Assembly (NCBI GenBank): GCA_934667425.1
Contig: CAKULV010000009.1
Span: 5,350 to 69,349 of the forward strand
Origin: an uncultured Kiritimatiellota bacterium
GTDB lineage: Bacteria; Verrucomicrobiota; Kiritimatiellia; RFP12; UBA1067
Direction: 5' to 3'
Length of the DNA: 64,000 nt
Part shown: piece by piece, positions 1-9,215 of the stretch
Layout: each line of letters opens with the position of its first letter
How positions within the stretch are numbered: position 1 is the stretch's first letter
Program-made: the position numbers and the translations under genes
The notes under the pieces: generated by a model
Told to the model about the DNA's origin: nothing
The model's input: the letters and a program-made list of their open reading frames with translations, nothing else
The model's database searches: none

Positions 1-986
1 AAATTCTTCCCGTACTCGGAAGAGACGAATTCCGCCGCCGCCGTGCGGGCAGACTGCGCGATGTTGACCGAATCCGTACGCATATACGTTATTAGGCCGC
101 CCTCGTACAGCTTCTGCGCCAGCACCATCGTGCGGTGCGGAGAAAACCCGCACACCGAACTCGCCGCCTGCTGGAGCGTTGACGTGGTAAACGGAGGGTA
201 CGGATGGCGCGTCTTGGGCTGCTCCTTCACGTCGGAGACGCGCAGCGTCGCCCCCGCAAGGTCCGCCACGGCGGCGTTTGCGGCTCCTTCGTCGTGTATT
301 TCAGGCTTCGCCCCGTCGATGCGGGCAAGCTTCGCCCTGAACGAGACGCCGTCTTTCCGGGCCTCCACCCCAAGTATCCAGTATGGCACCGGAACGAACG
401 ACCTGATCTCGCGCTCTCGCTCGACAAGCAGCCTCAACGCCACGGACTGCACGCGTCCGGCGGACAGGAATCTTCCGTAAGACAGGTATTTCCACAGCAT
501 CGGCGACACCTGGAACCCCACTAGCCTGTCAAGGATCCGACGGGCCTGCTGGGCATCCACCCTTGCCATGTCTATGTCGCGCGGGTTTTCAACGGCCGCC
601 TGAACTGCGGACTTCGTGATCTCGTTGTAGGTGACGCGGGCTACCTTCTTGCCCTTGCTCTCCTTGGAGAGGACTTCGCTGAGGTGCCAGGCGATGGCTT
701 CCCCCTCGCGGTCAGGGTCGGGCGCGAGGTATATCTCGTCCGCCGCCTTCGCCGCCGCCCGCAGCTCCGAGACGACCTTCCTCTTCTCCGGGGATATCTC
801 GTACGTGGGCTTGAATGTCCATTCGCCGTCAACGCCCTTCACAGGCTCTATCTTTATCGCCAGCCCGCCCTTCTTCGGAAGATCCCTTATGTGCCCTATG
901 GATGACTTAACCGTGAAGTCACCGCCAAGGTATTTCCCTATCGTCTTTGCCTTCGCCGGCGATTCCACTATCAGAAGTTTTTTCAT
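1..986 (-). CDS. topA: DNA topoisomerase I, N-terminal ~328 aa (gene runs off the left edge)
   Basis: Hand translation of the minus strand from ATG (984-986) gives MKKLLIVESPAKAKTIGKYLGGDFTVKSSIGHIRDLP (TOPRIM), DPDREGEAIAWH, SAGRVQSVALRLLVERE and ITYMRTDS. The frame is open down to position 1, so it is absent from the ORF track. Confidence 0.93.
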   Translation of the reverse strand, partial: MKKLLIVESPAKAKTIGKYLGGDFTVKSSIGHIRDLPKKGGLAIKIEPVKGVDGEWTFKPTYEISPEKRKVVSELRAAAKAADEIYLAPDPDREGEAIAWHLSEVLSKESKGKKVARVTYNEITKSAVQAAVENPRDIDMARVDAQQARRILDRLVGFQVSPMLWKYLSYGRFLSAGRVQSVALRLLVEREREIRSFVPVPYWILGVEARKDGVSFRAKLARIDGAKPEIHDEGAANAAVADLAGATLRVSDVKEQPKTRHPYPPFTTSTLQQAASSVCGFSPHRTMVLAQKLYEGGLITYMRTDSVNIAQSARTAAAEFVSSEYGKN

Positions 987-991
987 TATGT

Positions 992-1795
992 CTATTTCCT
1001 CTGCCTGTCAAAGCGGCGCTGCCGCCTGTTGGAGACAAGGCGCGATGCCGCCACAAGTACGCACGTGAACACGAGCATGAGCGTTGAAAGCGAGTTGATG
1101 ACGGGCATCTGCCGGGAATGCTTGATCATCGAGTATATCTTCAGCGGCAGCGTATCCGCGCCAGGCCCGGTCACGAAGAACGTGATCACGAAGTCGTCGA
1201 TCGACAGCGTGAACGCGAGCAGCCCGCCGGCGACGATTCCCGGGAGCAGGATAGGCAGCGTCACCTTGAAGAAGGCCTGCCATGGAGACGCGCCGAGATC
1301 GTACGCGGCCTCTATCACGCGGTCGTCGAAATCCTGCAGCCGCGCGAGCACGGTCATCGTGACGTACGACACGCAGAATGTGACGTGGGCTATGAAAATC
1401 GTGAGCATCCCGCAACCGACCCCGATAGCCGTGAACATCATGAGCAGCGAGATGCCCATCAGTATCTCCGGCATGACGAGCGGGGTGTATATGAGGCCGA
1501 AGTGGGCAGTCTGAAGCCGTCCCTTCCAGCGGTGCAGGGCGATCGCCGCCGTGGTCCCGAGCACGCACGACGCGACCGTTGCGGCAGCCGCCACTATGAG
1601 CGACCGCTGGAAAGCCATCCATATCTCGCGATTGCTCGACGAGAAGAGGTTCCCGTACCATTTCAGCGTGAATCCGGCCCATTCCCCGCCATACCTCGAA
1701 AGGTTGAACGAATTCAGGATCAGAACCACTATCGGAAGGTAGAGGAACACCATGACGAGCACAAGCGCCACCATGCAGAACTTGCTGTGCTTCAT
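992..1795 (-). CDS. ABC importer permease, PotC-like (binding-protein-dependent inner-membrane component)
   Basis: 267-aa ORF with multiple TM segments and EAA loop VIEAAYDLGASPWQAFFKVTLPILLPG. ATGA overlap with the upstream permease. Its stop is 5 nt from the topA start. Confidence 0.85.
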   Translation of the reverse strand: MKHSKFCMVALVLVMVFLYLPIVVLILNSFNLSRYGGEWAGFTLKWYGNLFSSSNREIWMAFQRSLIVAAAATVASCVLGTTAAIALHRWKGRLQTAHFGLIYTPLVMPEILMGISLLMMFTAIGVGCGMLTIFIAHVTFCVSYVTMTVLARLQDFDDRVIEAAYDLGASPWQAFFKVTLPILLPGIVAGGLLAFTLSIDDFVITFFVTGPGADTLPLKIYSMIKHSRQMPVINSLSTLMLVFTCVLVAASRLVSNRRQRRFDRQRK

Positions 1796-2700
1796 GCCGC
1801 ACCTCCGCTGAGCTTACGCGCCGTGGCCGCAGCGAGGCGCCTCTCCTCCCGTTCATCCTGCCGCTTCATCCACCACGCTACGCAGGCGAGCGGAACGAGA
1901 ACCGAAAAGCCCGTCACTGCGGCAAGGGCCGACGCATGTGGCAGATTCCGGTCGGGGAACGTGCGCTGGTATATCTTGTTCCCGATGAGCTCGGAGTCGC
2001 GCCCGCCGACGAGATCGGGTATCACGTAGGATCCTATGGCCGGTATGAACACCATGAGGACTGCCGAGATCACGCCGCGCTTCACGCCTGGGAGAAATAT
2101 CTTGCGGAACGCGAAGAAGCTTCTCGCGCCGAGGTCGCGAGCCGCCTCAAGGAGCGAGAAGTCGAACTTCTCCGCCGCCGTGTAGATCGGCATTATCGCG
2201 AAAGGGAGGAACGAGTACACGGACACGACCAGTATCGCGCCGGAGTTGTAGTTGAGTATCGCATCCTTGCCGATGATCCCCAGGGCCACGAGGAAATGCT
2301 GCAGGAAACCCTCCGGATTAAGCAGCGTACGCCAGGCGAATACACGCACGATGAAGCTCGTCCAGAACGGAAGCATTATGAGGCCGGCGACAACGGCCCG
2401 CCATTTCACGGTCATGCGCGCTATCGCATACGCGCACGGCAGGGACAGCACGATGCAGATGAAGGTCGTCGCCGCCGATATCCATATGGTGCGCCACACG
2501 ATTTCCTTGTATGGCGTACGCAACACGGCATTCCAGGTCTCGAGCGTTATGCCGGACGAAAAGCCGCCATCCGCATCAGGGGCGTGGAAGGCTATGCAGA
2601 ACACGATGAGCGTGGGTATGACGAAAAACAACATCAGCCAAAGGAAGGATGGCAGTGTCGTCAGTATCTCTGAATAGTTCTTCTTTTTCACTTCTTTCAA
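1792..2700 (-). CDS. ABC importer permease, PotB-like
   Basis: 302-aa ORF with TM-rich profile and EAA loop LLEAARDLGARSFFAFRKIFLPGV. The track start at 2700 is a TTG; a GTG at 2691 is an alternative. A TATACT box lies at 2710-2715. Confidence 0.85.
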   Translation of the reverse strand: MKEVKKKNYSEILTTLPSFLWLMLFFVIPTLIVFCIAFHAPDADGGFSSGITLETWNAVLRTPYKEIVWRTIWISAATTFICIVLSLPCAYAIARMTVKWRAVVAGLIMLPFWTSFIVRVFAWRTLLNPEGFLQHFLVALGIIGKDAILNYNSGAILVVSVYSFLPFAIMPIYTAAEKFDFSLLEAARDLGARSFFAFRKIFLPGVKRGVISAVLMVFIPAIGSYVIPDLVGGRDSELIGNKIYQRTFPDRNLPHASALAAVTGFSVLVPLACVAWWMKRQDEREERRLAAATARKLSGGAA

Positions 2701-2759
2701 AATTCGTCTAGTATATCACATTCGGACGCAATCTGGAACAAAGCCGCCATCAACGGCGC

Positions 2760-4628
2760 TCATCGGTTGTTCTGCCGATATATGCGAATCACGTCCCGGC
2801 GGTGGTTTTCCGTCACCTCGACCTTCCTTTTGAGTTCCTCGATGAGCTGCGGCACGGGGGCGAGGTTCATCACGTTGGTGAATTCCGGACGGTCTGCCGT
2901 GCGGATGACCCTGATTCCGAGCCGCCGCGACTCTTCGAGTACGCCTATGATCAGGTGCGTGTTCTCCACCTCGCGTCGAATCCTCATGTTGCACAGTTCA
3001 AAGCCGGGGTCATCCTGCATGCGCGCCTGCTCATGGTGTATCCCAACGTCGTTCCGGGCCTTGCCTTCGTCCATGAGGTGCTGGAACGCAACCATGTTCT
3101 CGGCATTCACCATGACCGCCCTGTATAGCTTGAGCTTGAGGACGAGTCCCGCGAGGTATTTCCCGCTTTCGGGATCGGCGGCAGACCGTATAAGCGAGCT
3201 TGCCGTCGATATCGCGCCGTCAAGGTCTGCCTGGCAGAGCCTTGCCGTATGGGATACCGCGAACGTGCCGCCATACCCCTTGAGCCAGCGATGAGCCTGC
3301 AGATCCACGAGGTCGTCCGCGCACGACTCCTCCCTCGCCTGGAACTGGTAGGCGCGGTAGTAGTCCCTTTCCTCTGGCTTAAGCTCGTTCGGGAAGCAGA
3401 CGAGCGGCCGCGTGAGCCAGCGCTGATGCGTGGTGCCGAGAAGGAAGATGTGCCCGCCCGTCTCCGCCCAGCCCCAGCGGGCGTAGCATTTCTCGATCGC
3501 ATCCCATACGGAAACGAGCGCTTCGCTCCTGTCGCGCCCGACGAACGTCGCGGCGATGGCATTGAGCGCGGCGTATCGGGCCTGCTTCCCCTGTCCGACG
3601 GCGTTTCCGCCCCAATATGTCCTGAGAAGCCTGATGGTGTCGATCTCGTCAAGGGAGCGCACCGAGATCAGCGCGTCGCCTTCGGGATCGGCCTCGGCCC
3701 TCTGCAGCTGTTCGACAAGCGCAGGCATGCGCGGCATGGCATACACCGGATATGTCTGCTCGTCAAACGGGTTCGGGAATCCAATTACGTTGACTGCGGT
3801 CTGGCGTTCCATCGTGCGGTTCCGAACCTTCATTCCCGGCTTCAGCTTCGGCAGCGTCATCTCGACGATATCGTCAGAAAGGTAGCGGTTGAGGTTTACC
3901 CGCATGTCGCCGTATCCGGCAAGCGTGGCGCCTTCCTGGAAGATGGACAGGAAGTCCACGATGCGCTGTGGCAGGGTTTTGTCCCTTCGGCAATGCTCCG
4001 GGCCGTTTGCCCCGGGGTAAAGGTATGGATACCAGCAAAGCCCCGCTCCGGAATCGTTGCTCATCAGGTCGAAGGACTCGAACTTGCCTATCTCGCATAT
4101 CTCGCGGACCGTCCTCACATAGATCGCCTTGAGCTCTGGATTGTCAAGGCACGGCGCGTAGTATTCGGTCCTCGCGCGGGCGCACTGGTCGCAGCGCGGA
4201 CCCCGCCACGCCGGGTGATCCCGGTACGCCGCCTCCGGCAGGTACGCCGGTTCCTGCCCGGTGAACGCCGCCTTGAAGCCGAACTCGTCAAGCACCTTGA
4301 CCCGATCCTTGAGCCTGGCAAGGTTCCTTTCCGCATAGTCGCGGGGAAGGTACTTCTCGAGTTCCGCCGGGACGATGAACTTGAAGAGCGACGGGCGGTG
4401 CATGGACCAGTTCGGGTACGGGTCATGGCGGTTGGCGTTCCATTGCCACATCGAAGGCTCTATCTGGCATGCGGCGAGATGCGTCGCGCCCAACTCCTTC
4501 GCCAGTTTCGCGTAGGCACGGTATTCGCCAATGTCCAATGTGTCGAAATCGAAGCCCACGCGCCTTGACGCAAATGCGATGGACACGACTCCGATGGCCG
4601 CAAACGCCAACGTCGCACTCTTCACCAT
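2760..4628 (-). CDS. Secreted or anchored hypothetical protein, possibly a TIM-barrel glycosidase-like enzyme (family not recognised)
   Basis: The long ORF is 2760..4661. I prefer the ATG at 4626-4628 (MVKSATLAFAAIGVVSIAFA, signal-like), which is preceded by AGGAAGGAAG. Amino-acid composition is normal, unlike the Arg-rich antisense ORFs. Confidence 0.8.
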   Translation of the reverse strand: MVKSATLAFAAIGVVSIAFASRRVGFDFDTLDIGEYRAYAKLAKELGATHLAACQIEPSMWQWNANRHDPYPNWSMHRPSLFKFIVPAELEKYLPRDYAERNLARLKDRVKVLDEFGFKAAFTGQEPAYLPEAAYRDHPAWRGPRCDQCARARTEYYAPCLDNPELKAIYVRTVREICEIGKFESFDLMSNDSGAGLCWYPYLYPGANGPEHCRRDKTLPQRIVDFLSIFQEGATLAGYGDMRVNLNRYLSDDIVEMTLPKLKPGMKVRNRTMERQTAVNVIGFPNPFDEQTYPVYAMPRMPALVEQLQRAEADPEGDALISVRSLDEIDTIRLLRTYWGGNAVGQGKQARYAALNAIAATFVGRDRSEALVSVWDAIEKCYARWGWAETGGHIFLLGTTHQRWLTRPLVCFPNELKPEERDYYRAYQFQAREESCADDLVDLQAHRWLKGYGGTFAVSHTARLCQADLDGAISTASSLIRSAADPESGKYLAGLVLKLKLYRAVMVNAENMVAFQHLMDEGKARNDVGIHHEQARMQDDPGFELCNMRIRREVENTHLIIGVLEESRRLGIRVIRTADRPEFTNVMNLAPVPQLIEELKRKVEVTENHRRDVIRIYRQNNR

Positions 4629-4666
4629 GTATCGCTTCCTTCCTGTCAGGTGTGAAATCACGGCGA

Positions 4667-4672
4667 ATTATA
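4667..4672 (-). promoter_or_regulatory. Candidate -10 box TATAAT upstream of the 2760-4628 gene
   Basis: attata on the plus strand, which is TATAAT on the minus strand. It lies about 38 nt upstream of the preferred ATG, and an SD follows. Confidence 0.4.
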
Positions 4673-4753
4673 GGAAATCACAGCCGCCGGCGCAACACAT
4701 TTCCCGCCATTTGCCCTGACGACGTTATCCATCGGCCGCAAGGCGCAAGGGCG

Positions 4754-5392
4754 TTAGGCATACGGAAGGTAGACGATGGCTGGCTTGTTGACTACAAGGG
4801 AGAACGAACGCCCCGTCGTGCGGTTCAGCGTCCCCTTCCACAACGCATCGAGCACGACCCCGTCCAAAGGCCATTCGAGCCCATTCGATGAGATCGCCGT
4901 TCCTGGAATTGGCGCGAAAACGCTCACAGGAGCCCCTTCACGGGCTTCCCATTCGCGTCCGGGCGGCAAGACAGGCTCGAACACCCCGTTGTCCGTGACG
5001 ATCGATACGCGCCTTGCGCAGGAGGCGAAGTCGATGAGGTGGAAGATGTTGCCGATCGAATGGTCTTCTCTTTTTCCCGTGGCGCCGAGTATGGCGATGT
5101 CGCCGGCATCTGCGTCCCGGAATGCGGAAAGCGCGTGCCTGAACGCCTTGCAGAGGTCGTTCGTGTCCTGCTCATCCACGATGACGAGCGGGATGCCGTA
5201 CCGCGAGAGTTCCCTGCGGCCGTCTTCGCCAAGCGAATCGCCGTCGCCAACGACCGCGTCCGGCGTCCTTCCCAGCGCAACGGCGGTGCGCCAGGCGCTG
5301 TCGCAGGCGACGACCCTGTCCGCCTTGCGCAACATCCCCAGCGGAATGCCGTGCGACGGAGGCGTTCCGGAAGCAAGGATCACCGTCATCAT
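4754..5392 (-). CDS. Thiamine pyrophosphokinase
   Basis: Motifs VVGDGDS, DEQDTNDLCKA and ILGATGKREDHSIGNI, in a protein of about 212 aa. I prefer the start MMTVILASG at 5392, which overlaps the upstream stop. Confidence 0.85.
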   Translation of the reverse strand: MMTVILASGTPPSHGIPLGMLRKADRVVACDSAWRTAVALGRTPDAVVGDGDSLGEDGRRELSRYGIPLVIVDEQDTNDLCKAFRHALSAFRDADAGDIAILGATGKREDHSIGNIFHLIDFASCARRVSIVTDNGVFEPVLPPGREWEAREGAPVSVFAPIPGTAISSNGLEWPLDGVVLDALWKGTLNRTTGRSFSLVVNKPAIVYLPYA

Positions 5393-7152
5393 TGCTTCCG
5401 CCGCCTCCGGCCTGCCGCCTTGTACACGCAAAGCGCACAGATGCCCAATGTCGAAGCAAGCGAAACGAGCGACAGAGGACCGGGCGTGAACGGCCCGTCG
5501 ATGCCGCTGTCGCTCCTTGCCGTTTTCCTGAGCAGCGCAAATCCCGCCCTTTCCCTCGGCACCTTGACAAAAAGTCCGCCACGGAAGTTCCAGAACGACT
5601 CTGGCGCATACCTTCCTTCGTCCAGCGCCTTCTTGAGGTCCGCATTGTCCCTGAACGCCGTGCCGCCCGCAAGAACATACTCGGCATCCGCGATCTGCGC
5701 CCCGGCGTCAAAGGCGAGGACTATCGAACCGGACCCCGTTGCGCGGGCAACCGCAATGCGCAGCGTATCCGCAGGATCGACGGCGCAATACCGCGAATCC
5801 ACGGAGGCGAGGTGAACGGCATTTGCCGCCAGCAAGACGGCCGCCGCAGCCGTTGCGGTGCGCGGAGCCATGCGCCCAAGGCGTGAATCAAGTATGCGCG
5901 ACACGCCAAAGCCGGCCAGCACCGCCACGCACCATTCTATCAGATGCACAAACTTCACCGGGCACCGTATCGAATCCCCTACCGGCAAGGCGAACACCAC
6001 CCTGTAGAACGGCGTGAACGCCCCGAACGCGCACAGGAGCAGAACCGCCGCCATCACAGACCAGAATGCGACCTCCGCCCTATTCGCAGCGCCGTTGGCA
6101 CAGGCGCAATCCCCTTTTCTCTTTCCCAGCCCCAAGGCTATCCCAAGCATAGCAAGGCACATCGTTATGAAGCCCATGTAAAGCGAATGCTGCCGATACG
6201 GCCGCCAATGCCCCGGGGCGACCTGCATTCCGATGCGGCCACGGTACGGATTCCTGGGGCTGACGCGGGGATCGCTTGATCCGCCGTTCACGTCGGGAAT
6301 GAAGAACTCCAAGGACTCGTTCGGCGGAAGGCTCCAGTTCGTGCAGAACACGTACCGCCTCTCGCGCTCGGCCTTCACTGCGGCAGTGGTCTTCTCGCCA
6401 CCATCGGCGGCAGGTTGACCGGAGGCGGATATCTGCTTCTCGCGGTTGGCGGTCTCGACGAATATGGCCCTGTGAAGCTGCGGCCACCCGGCTGCAACGA
6501 GAACAGCAGCGGTGACCGCCACTCCGGCAAGTACTCGGACAAGCGCGACTGCGCGCCCGCCATGGGCCGTCGAACGCAGCTTCGCGACAAGTTTGAAAAC
6601 GCCATACGCGAACGCCATTGCGGTGAACATGAGCCACAGGTCGGGCTGTTGCGCGCTGGACCACGCCAGCACTCCGCCAAGTATGGCCCAGTTGATCCAT
6701 TTGCCCTTCCTTACGCAGCGGTCTATGAGCCCGAAGCAGAACGGACCGTACATCAGGTACACGAACCACCCAAGATGCCCTGCCGAAAAGAGCGTGAAGT
6801 TGTACCCCATGAGCCCATACGCCGCTGCGGCCCCGTAGCGCGCGAGCGGACAAATGCCGCGCCCTTTCAGATAGTACGCCACGCCAAGCGCCGCGAGGTA
6901 GGCCGCAAGCGCATACTGAAGCTCCTGCCAGACGTATGGCCCTCCAAGCAGGAAGCGCAGATCGCCTGGCACGATCGCCCCGCCAGCGCAGAAATCACGC
7001 CACTTGCGGAGAAGGAAATCCGCCGGATAGTAAGTCGCCTGATCCGGCTGTATGAATGTAACCGAAGGAGACCACGTACCCCAGAAGACGCAGCATACGG
7101 CAACGGCAAAGAATGCCGTAAAGCCCAGCAACCACCAATTCGCCCTTTTCAT
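5389..7152 (-). CDS. Polytopic integral membrane protein (YfhO/GT-C-like guess)
   Basis: More than 10 hydrophobic segments. Preferred start is MKRANWWLLGF at 7150-7152, directly downstream of a TGGTATAAT box. The family assignment is a guess. Confidence 0.75.
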   Translation of the reverse strand: MKRANWWLLGFTAFFAVAVCCVFWGTWSPSVTFIQPDQATYYPADFLLRKWRDFCAGGAIVPGDLRFLLGGPYVWQELQYALAAYLAALGVAYYLKGRGICPLARYGAAAAYGLMGYNFTLFSAGHLGWFVYLMYGPFCFGLIDRCVRKGKWINWAILGGVLAWSSAQQPDLWLMFTAMAFAYGVFKLVAKLRSTAHGGRAVALVRVLAGVAVTAAVLVAAGWPQLHRAIFVETANREKQISASGQPAADGGEKTTAAVKAERERRYVFCTNWSLPPNESLEFFIPDVNGGSSDPRVSPRNPYRGRIGMQVAPGHWRPYRQHSLYMGFITMCLAMLGIALGLGKRKGDCACANGAANRAEVAFWSVMAAVLLLCAFGAFTPFYRVVFALPVGDSIRCPVKFVHLIEWCVAVLAGFGVSRILDSRLGRMAPRTATAAAAVLLAANAVHLASVDSRYCAVDPADTLRIAVARATGSGSIVLAFDAGAQIADAEYVLAGGTAFRDNADLKKALDEGRYAPESFWNFRGGLFVKVPRERAGFALLRKTARSDSGIDGPFTPGPLSLVSLASTLGICALCVYKAAGRRRRKQ

Positions 7153-7158
7153 GCAGCA

Positions 7159-7167
7159 ATTATACCA
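7159..7167 (-). promoter_or_regulatory. Extended -10 promoter TGGTATAAT, 6 nt upstream of the ATG
   Basis: Plus strand reads attatacca. On the minus strand this is TGGTATAAT-tgctgc-ATG (ATG at 7152). Confidence 0.6.
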
Positions 7168-7187
7168 CACGGGCGGGATGCGCGGCA

Positions 7188-7721
7188 TCACCACGGCACC
7201 CCCTCGCGCATGAACCGGGCTGCAAGGACCGCACAGGCGCAGGCATCATAGAGCGCATCATGCCAGGTGCGGCCCGGGCATAGGGACTCCACTTCCCCGG
7301 TTGCGCCAAAGGCCTGCACGAGGTCGCCGAGCGCGTAGGACGGCAACCCGGGATAGCGGGCCCTGGCGTAGACAAGCGTGTCGATCCACGGTCCGAACCT
7401 GGTCATCGGCGCAAGCTTCGTGAGCACGGTACGCTCCGTGGAGCAATTGTGCGCGACAAGCGGGGCGCCGCAGAGTCTGGCGGAAATCTCCGGCCACAGT
7501 TCCATTGGGGTCGGAGCCTGCGCAAGTTCCTCGCGCATCTCCCGGTAGCGTCCGACGGCACGCGGGGAAAAAGGACGCTCCCCTACACGGAACAGCGTTT
7601 CCCACTTCGTTTCGGGAAGCACAACCCCGTCCTCGATCCTTACGAGGCCAAGCTGCCAAGGCTCATTTGGCCAGCCCTTTACCGTCCCGGTCGTCTCGAA
7701 GTCAAGTACGGTCCATGTCAT
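7188..7721 (-). CDS. DEDDh 3'-5' exonuclease (DnaQ/epsilon-like)
   Basis: Exo motifs LDFETTG, VAHNCSTERTVL and HDALYDACA in a 177-aa ORF. Confidence 0.88.
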   Translation of the reverse strand: MTWTVLDFETTGTVKGWPNEPWQLGLVRIEDGVVLPETKWETLFRVGERPFSPRAVGRYREMREELAQAPTPMELWPEISARLCGAPLVAHNCSTERTVLTKLAPMTRFGPWIDTLVYARARYPGLPSYALGDLVQAFGATGEVESLCPGRTWHDALYDACACAVLAARFMREGVPW

Positions 7722-7753
7722 GCGATGCCTTCAGCGAAGCGCAACCTGGGGCA

Positions 7754-8185
7754 TTACGCGTCACGGTATTCGATCTTTGCCTTCTCCCGCAGCTCCGCCA
7801 CGAAAGCCGACAGCACCTTTCCTCGCGCCGCATGGCGAAGGAAGTCGCGTATCTTCGTCTGCACCTGCACATACTGCGCATCGCCGAACGTTGACTTGTT
7901 TGCGCGGTAGAACGCCTCCATCTCCGCCTCGGATGGGTCCGGCGTGCCGGAACATGTCCTGGACACCAGTTCGTCCGGGGTGATTCCGAGGTCCTGCGCC
8001 CTCATGAGCACAAGCTTCGCGCCTATGGCCTGTTCCTGCGCCTGCATGAGGAGCTTCTCGACGCTGCCCTTCAGTTCCTCTCCCGGCACGCCGTTCTCGG
8101 CATACAGGCGGACAAGACGGTCGAACTCGTGCTCAATGGCCTTGCGAGGTATCTCCTCGCCGTTCACAAACGCTTTCTTTATCAT
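7754..8185 (-). CDS. Small SurA-N-terminal-like chaperone-domain protein (no PPIase domain, no obvious signal peptide)
   Basis: 143-aa ORF beginning MIKKAFVNGEEIPRKAIEHEFDRL and ending FVAELREKAKIEY. AGGGAA lies upstream of the ATG. Confidence 0.65.
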   Translation of the reverse strand: MIKKAFVNGEEIPRKAIEHEFDRLVRLYAENGVPGEELKGSVEKLLMQAQEQAIGAKLVLMRAQDLGITPDELVSRTCSGTPDPSEAEMEAFYRANKSTFGDAQYVQVQTKIRDFLRHAARGKVLSAFVAELREKAKIEYRDA

Positions 8186-8210
8186 GACATTCCCTGTCTT
8201 GAAAAACCAT

Positions 8211-9215
8211 TCACTTCATCTGGACTATGTCGCCGCAATATTTGGCGTCGGACGGTATGTGCCAGTCGTTCGGCCCGAAATACGCCGGAAACACCTTGAT
8301 GCCGTCAGGCGAGCAGTTGCGCTTGAACGACTGCGTGACAAGCCGTCGACAATACACGTCAAGCCACTTGCCGATTTCATCCGCGCCATATCTTCCCTTG
8401 AAAGCACGCTCGGCGGCGGCAAGGATCGCCTTGCGGCGCTCACCGTGCACAATGGTGCGCCATATGAAGAAATCGTGGAGTTCGTACGGCCCGATCCTGT
8501 CTTCCGTCCTTTGCGCGATCTTGCCGTTCACGCTCGGAAGCAGCTCCGGGCTGACCGGCGTATCGATTATGTCCATGATCGCGGCCGATGCAGAGGCGGC
8601 CCTGCCCCTGCAATGGCCTTCCGCCCACCAGCGGCACACGTCGCGCACAACAGTCTTTGGCACTCCGGCATTGACGCCGAACATGCTCATGTGGTCGCCG
8701 TTGTACGTGCACCACCCAAGCGCAATCTCGCTCATGTCGCCCGTGCCAAGCACGATCCCGCCCGTCTGGTTGGCCTTGTCCATGAGGATCATCGTGCGCA
8801 TCCGCGCCTGGGCGTTCTCGTAGGTGACGTCGTGCCTGTCCGGATCCTGCCCTATGTCCCTGAAATGCTGGAGGCAGGACTTCCGTATGTCGATGGTCTC
8901 AAGCTTGAGGCCCAGGCCCTCGCAAAGCGTTTCCGCATTTCCCCTCGTGCGGCCAGTGGTGCCGAATCCGGGCATCGTGTACACCTTTATGGACTTCCTT
9001 GGCAGACGCAGTATCTTGAACGCCTCGACCGCCACAAGCAGGCATAGCGTCGAGTCGAGCCCTCCAGAAAGTCCGATGGTGACCGACTTGGCCCCAATGC
9101 GATCCAGCCTTATGGCAAGGGCCGCATACTGCGTCATGAACACCTGCTCCGGCCCGCACCAGTCCTGGAACGGATGCGCGGACACAGAAGCCTTCCCCGG
9201 TTCACCGAACATCAT
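8211..9215 (-). CDS. nadE: NAD+ synthetase, synthetase (PP-loop) domain only, of the two-domain glutamine-dependent subtype
   Basis: PP-loop GLSGGLDS, VTYENAQARMRT, GGIVLGTGDMSEIALGWCTYNGDHMSMFGVNAGVPKT and C-terminal FKRNCSPDG. ATGA overlap with the upstream gene. Confidence 0.88.
   Translation of the reverse strand: MMFGEPGKASVSAHPFQDWCGPEQVFMTQYAALAIRLDRIGAKSVTIGLSGGLDSTLCLLVAVEAFKILRLPRKSIKVYTMPGFGTTGRTRGNAETLCEGLGLKLETIDIRKSCLQHFRDIGQDPDRHDVTYENAQARMRTMILMDKANQTGGIVLGTGDMSEIALGWCTYNGDHMSMFGVNAGVPKTVVRDVCRWWAEGHCRGRAASASAAIMDIIDTPVSPELLPSVNGKIAQRTEDRIGPYELHDFFIWRTIVHGERRKAILAAAERAFKGRYGADEIGKWLDVYCRRLVTQSFKRNCSPDGIKVFPAYFGPNDWHIPSDAKYCGDIVQMK

Noticed and set aside
986-2700. Functional link between the permease pair and topA (5-nt spacing)
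   Set aside because: Tight spacing is universal in this window, so the adjacency most likely reflects genome compaction rather than shared function.
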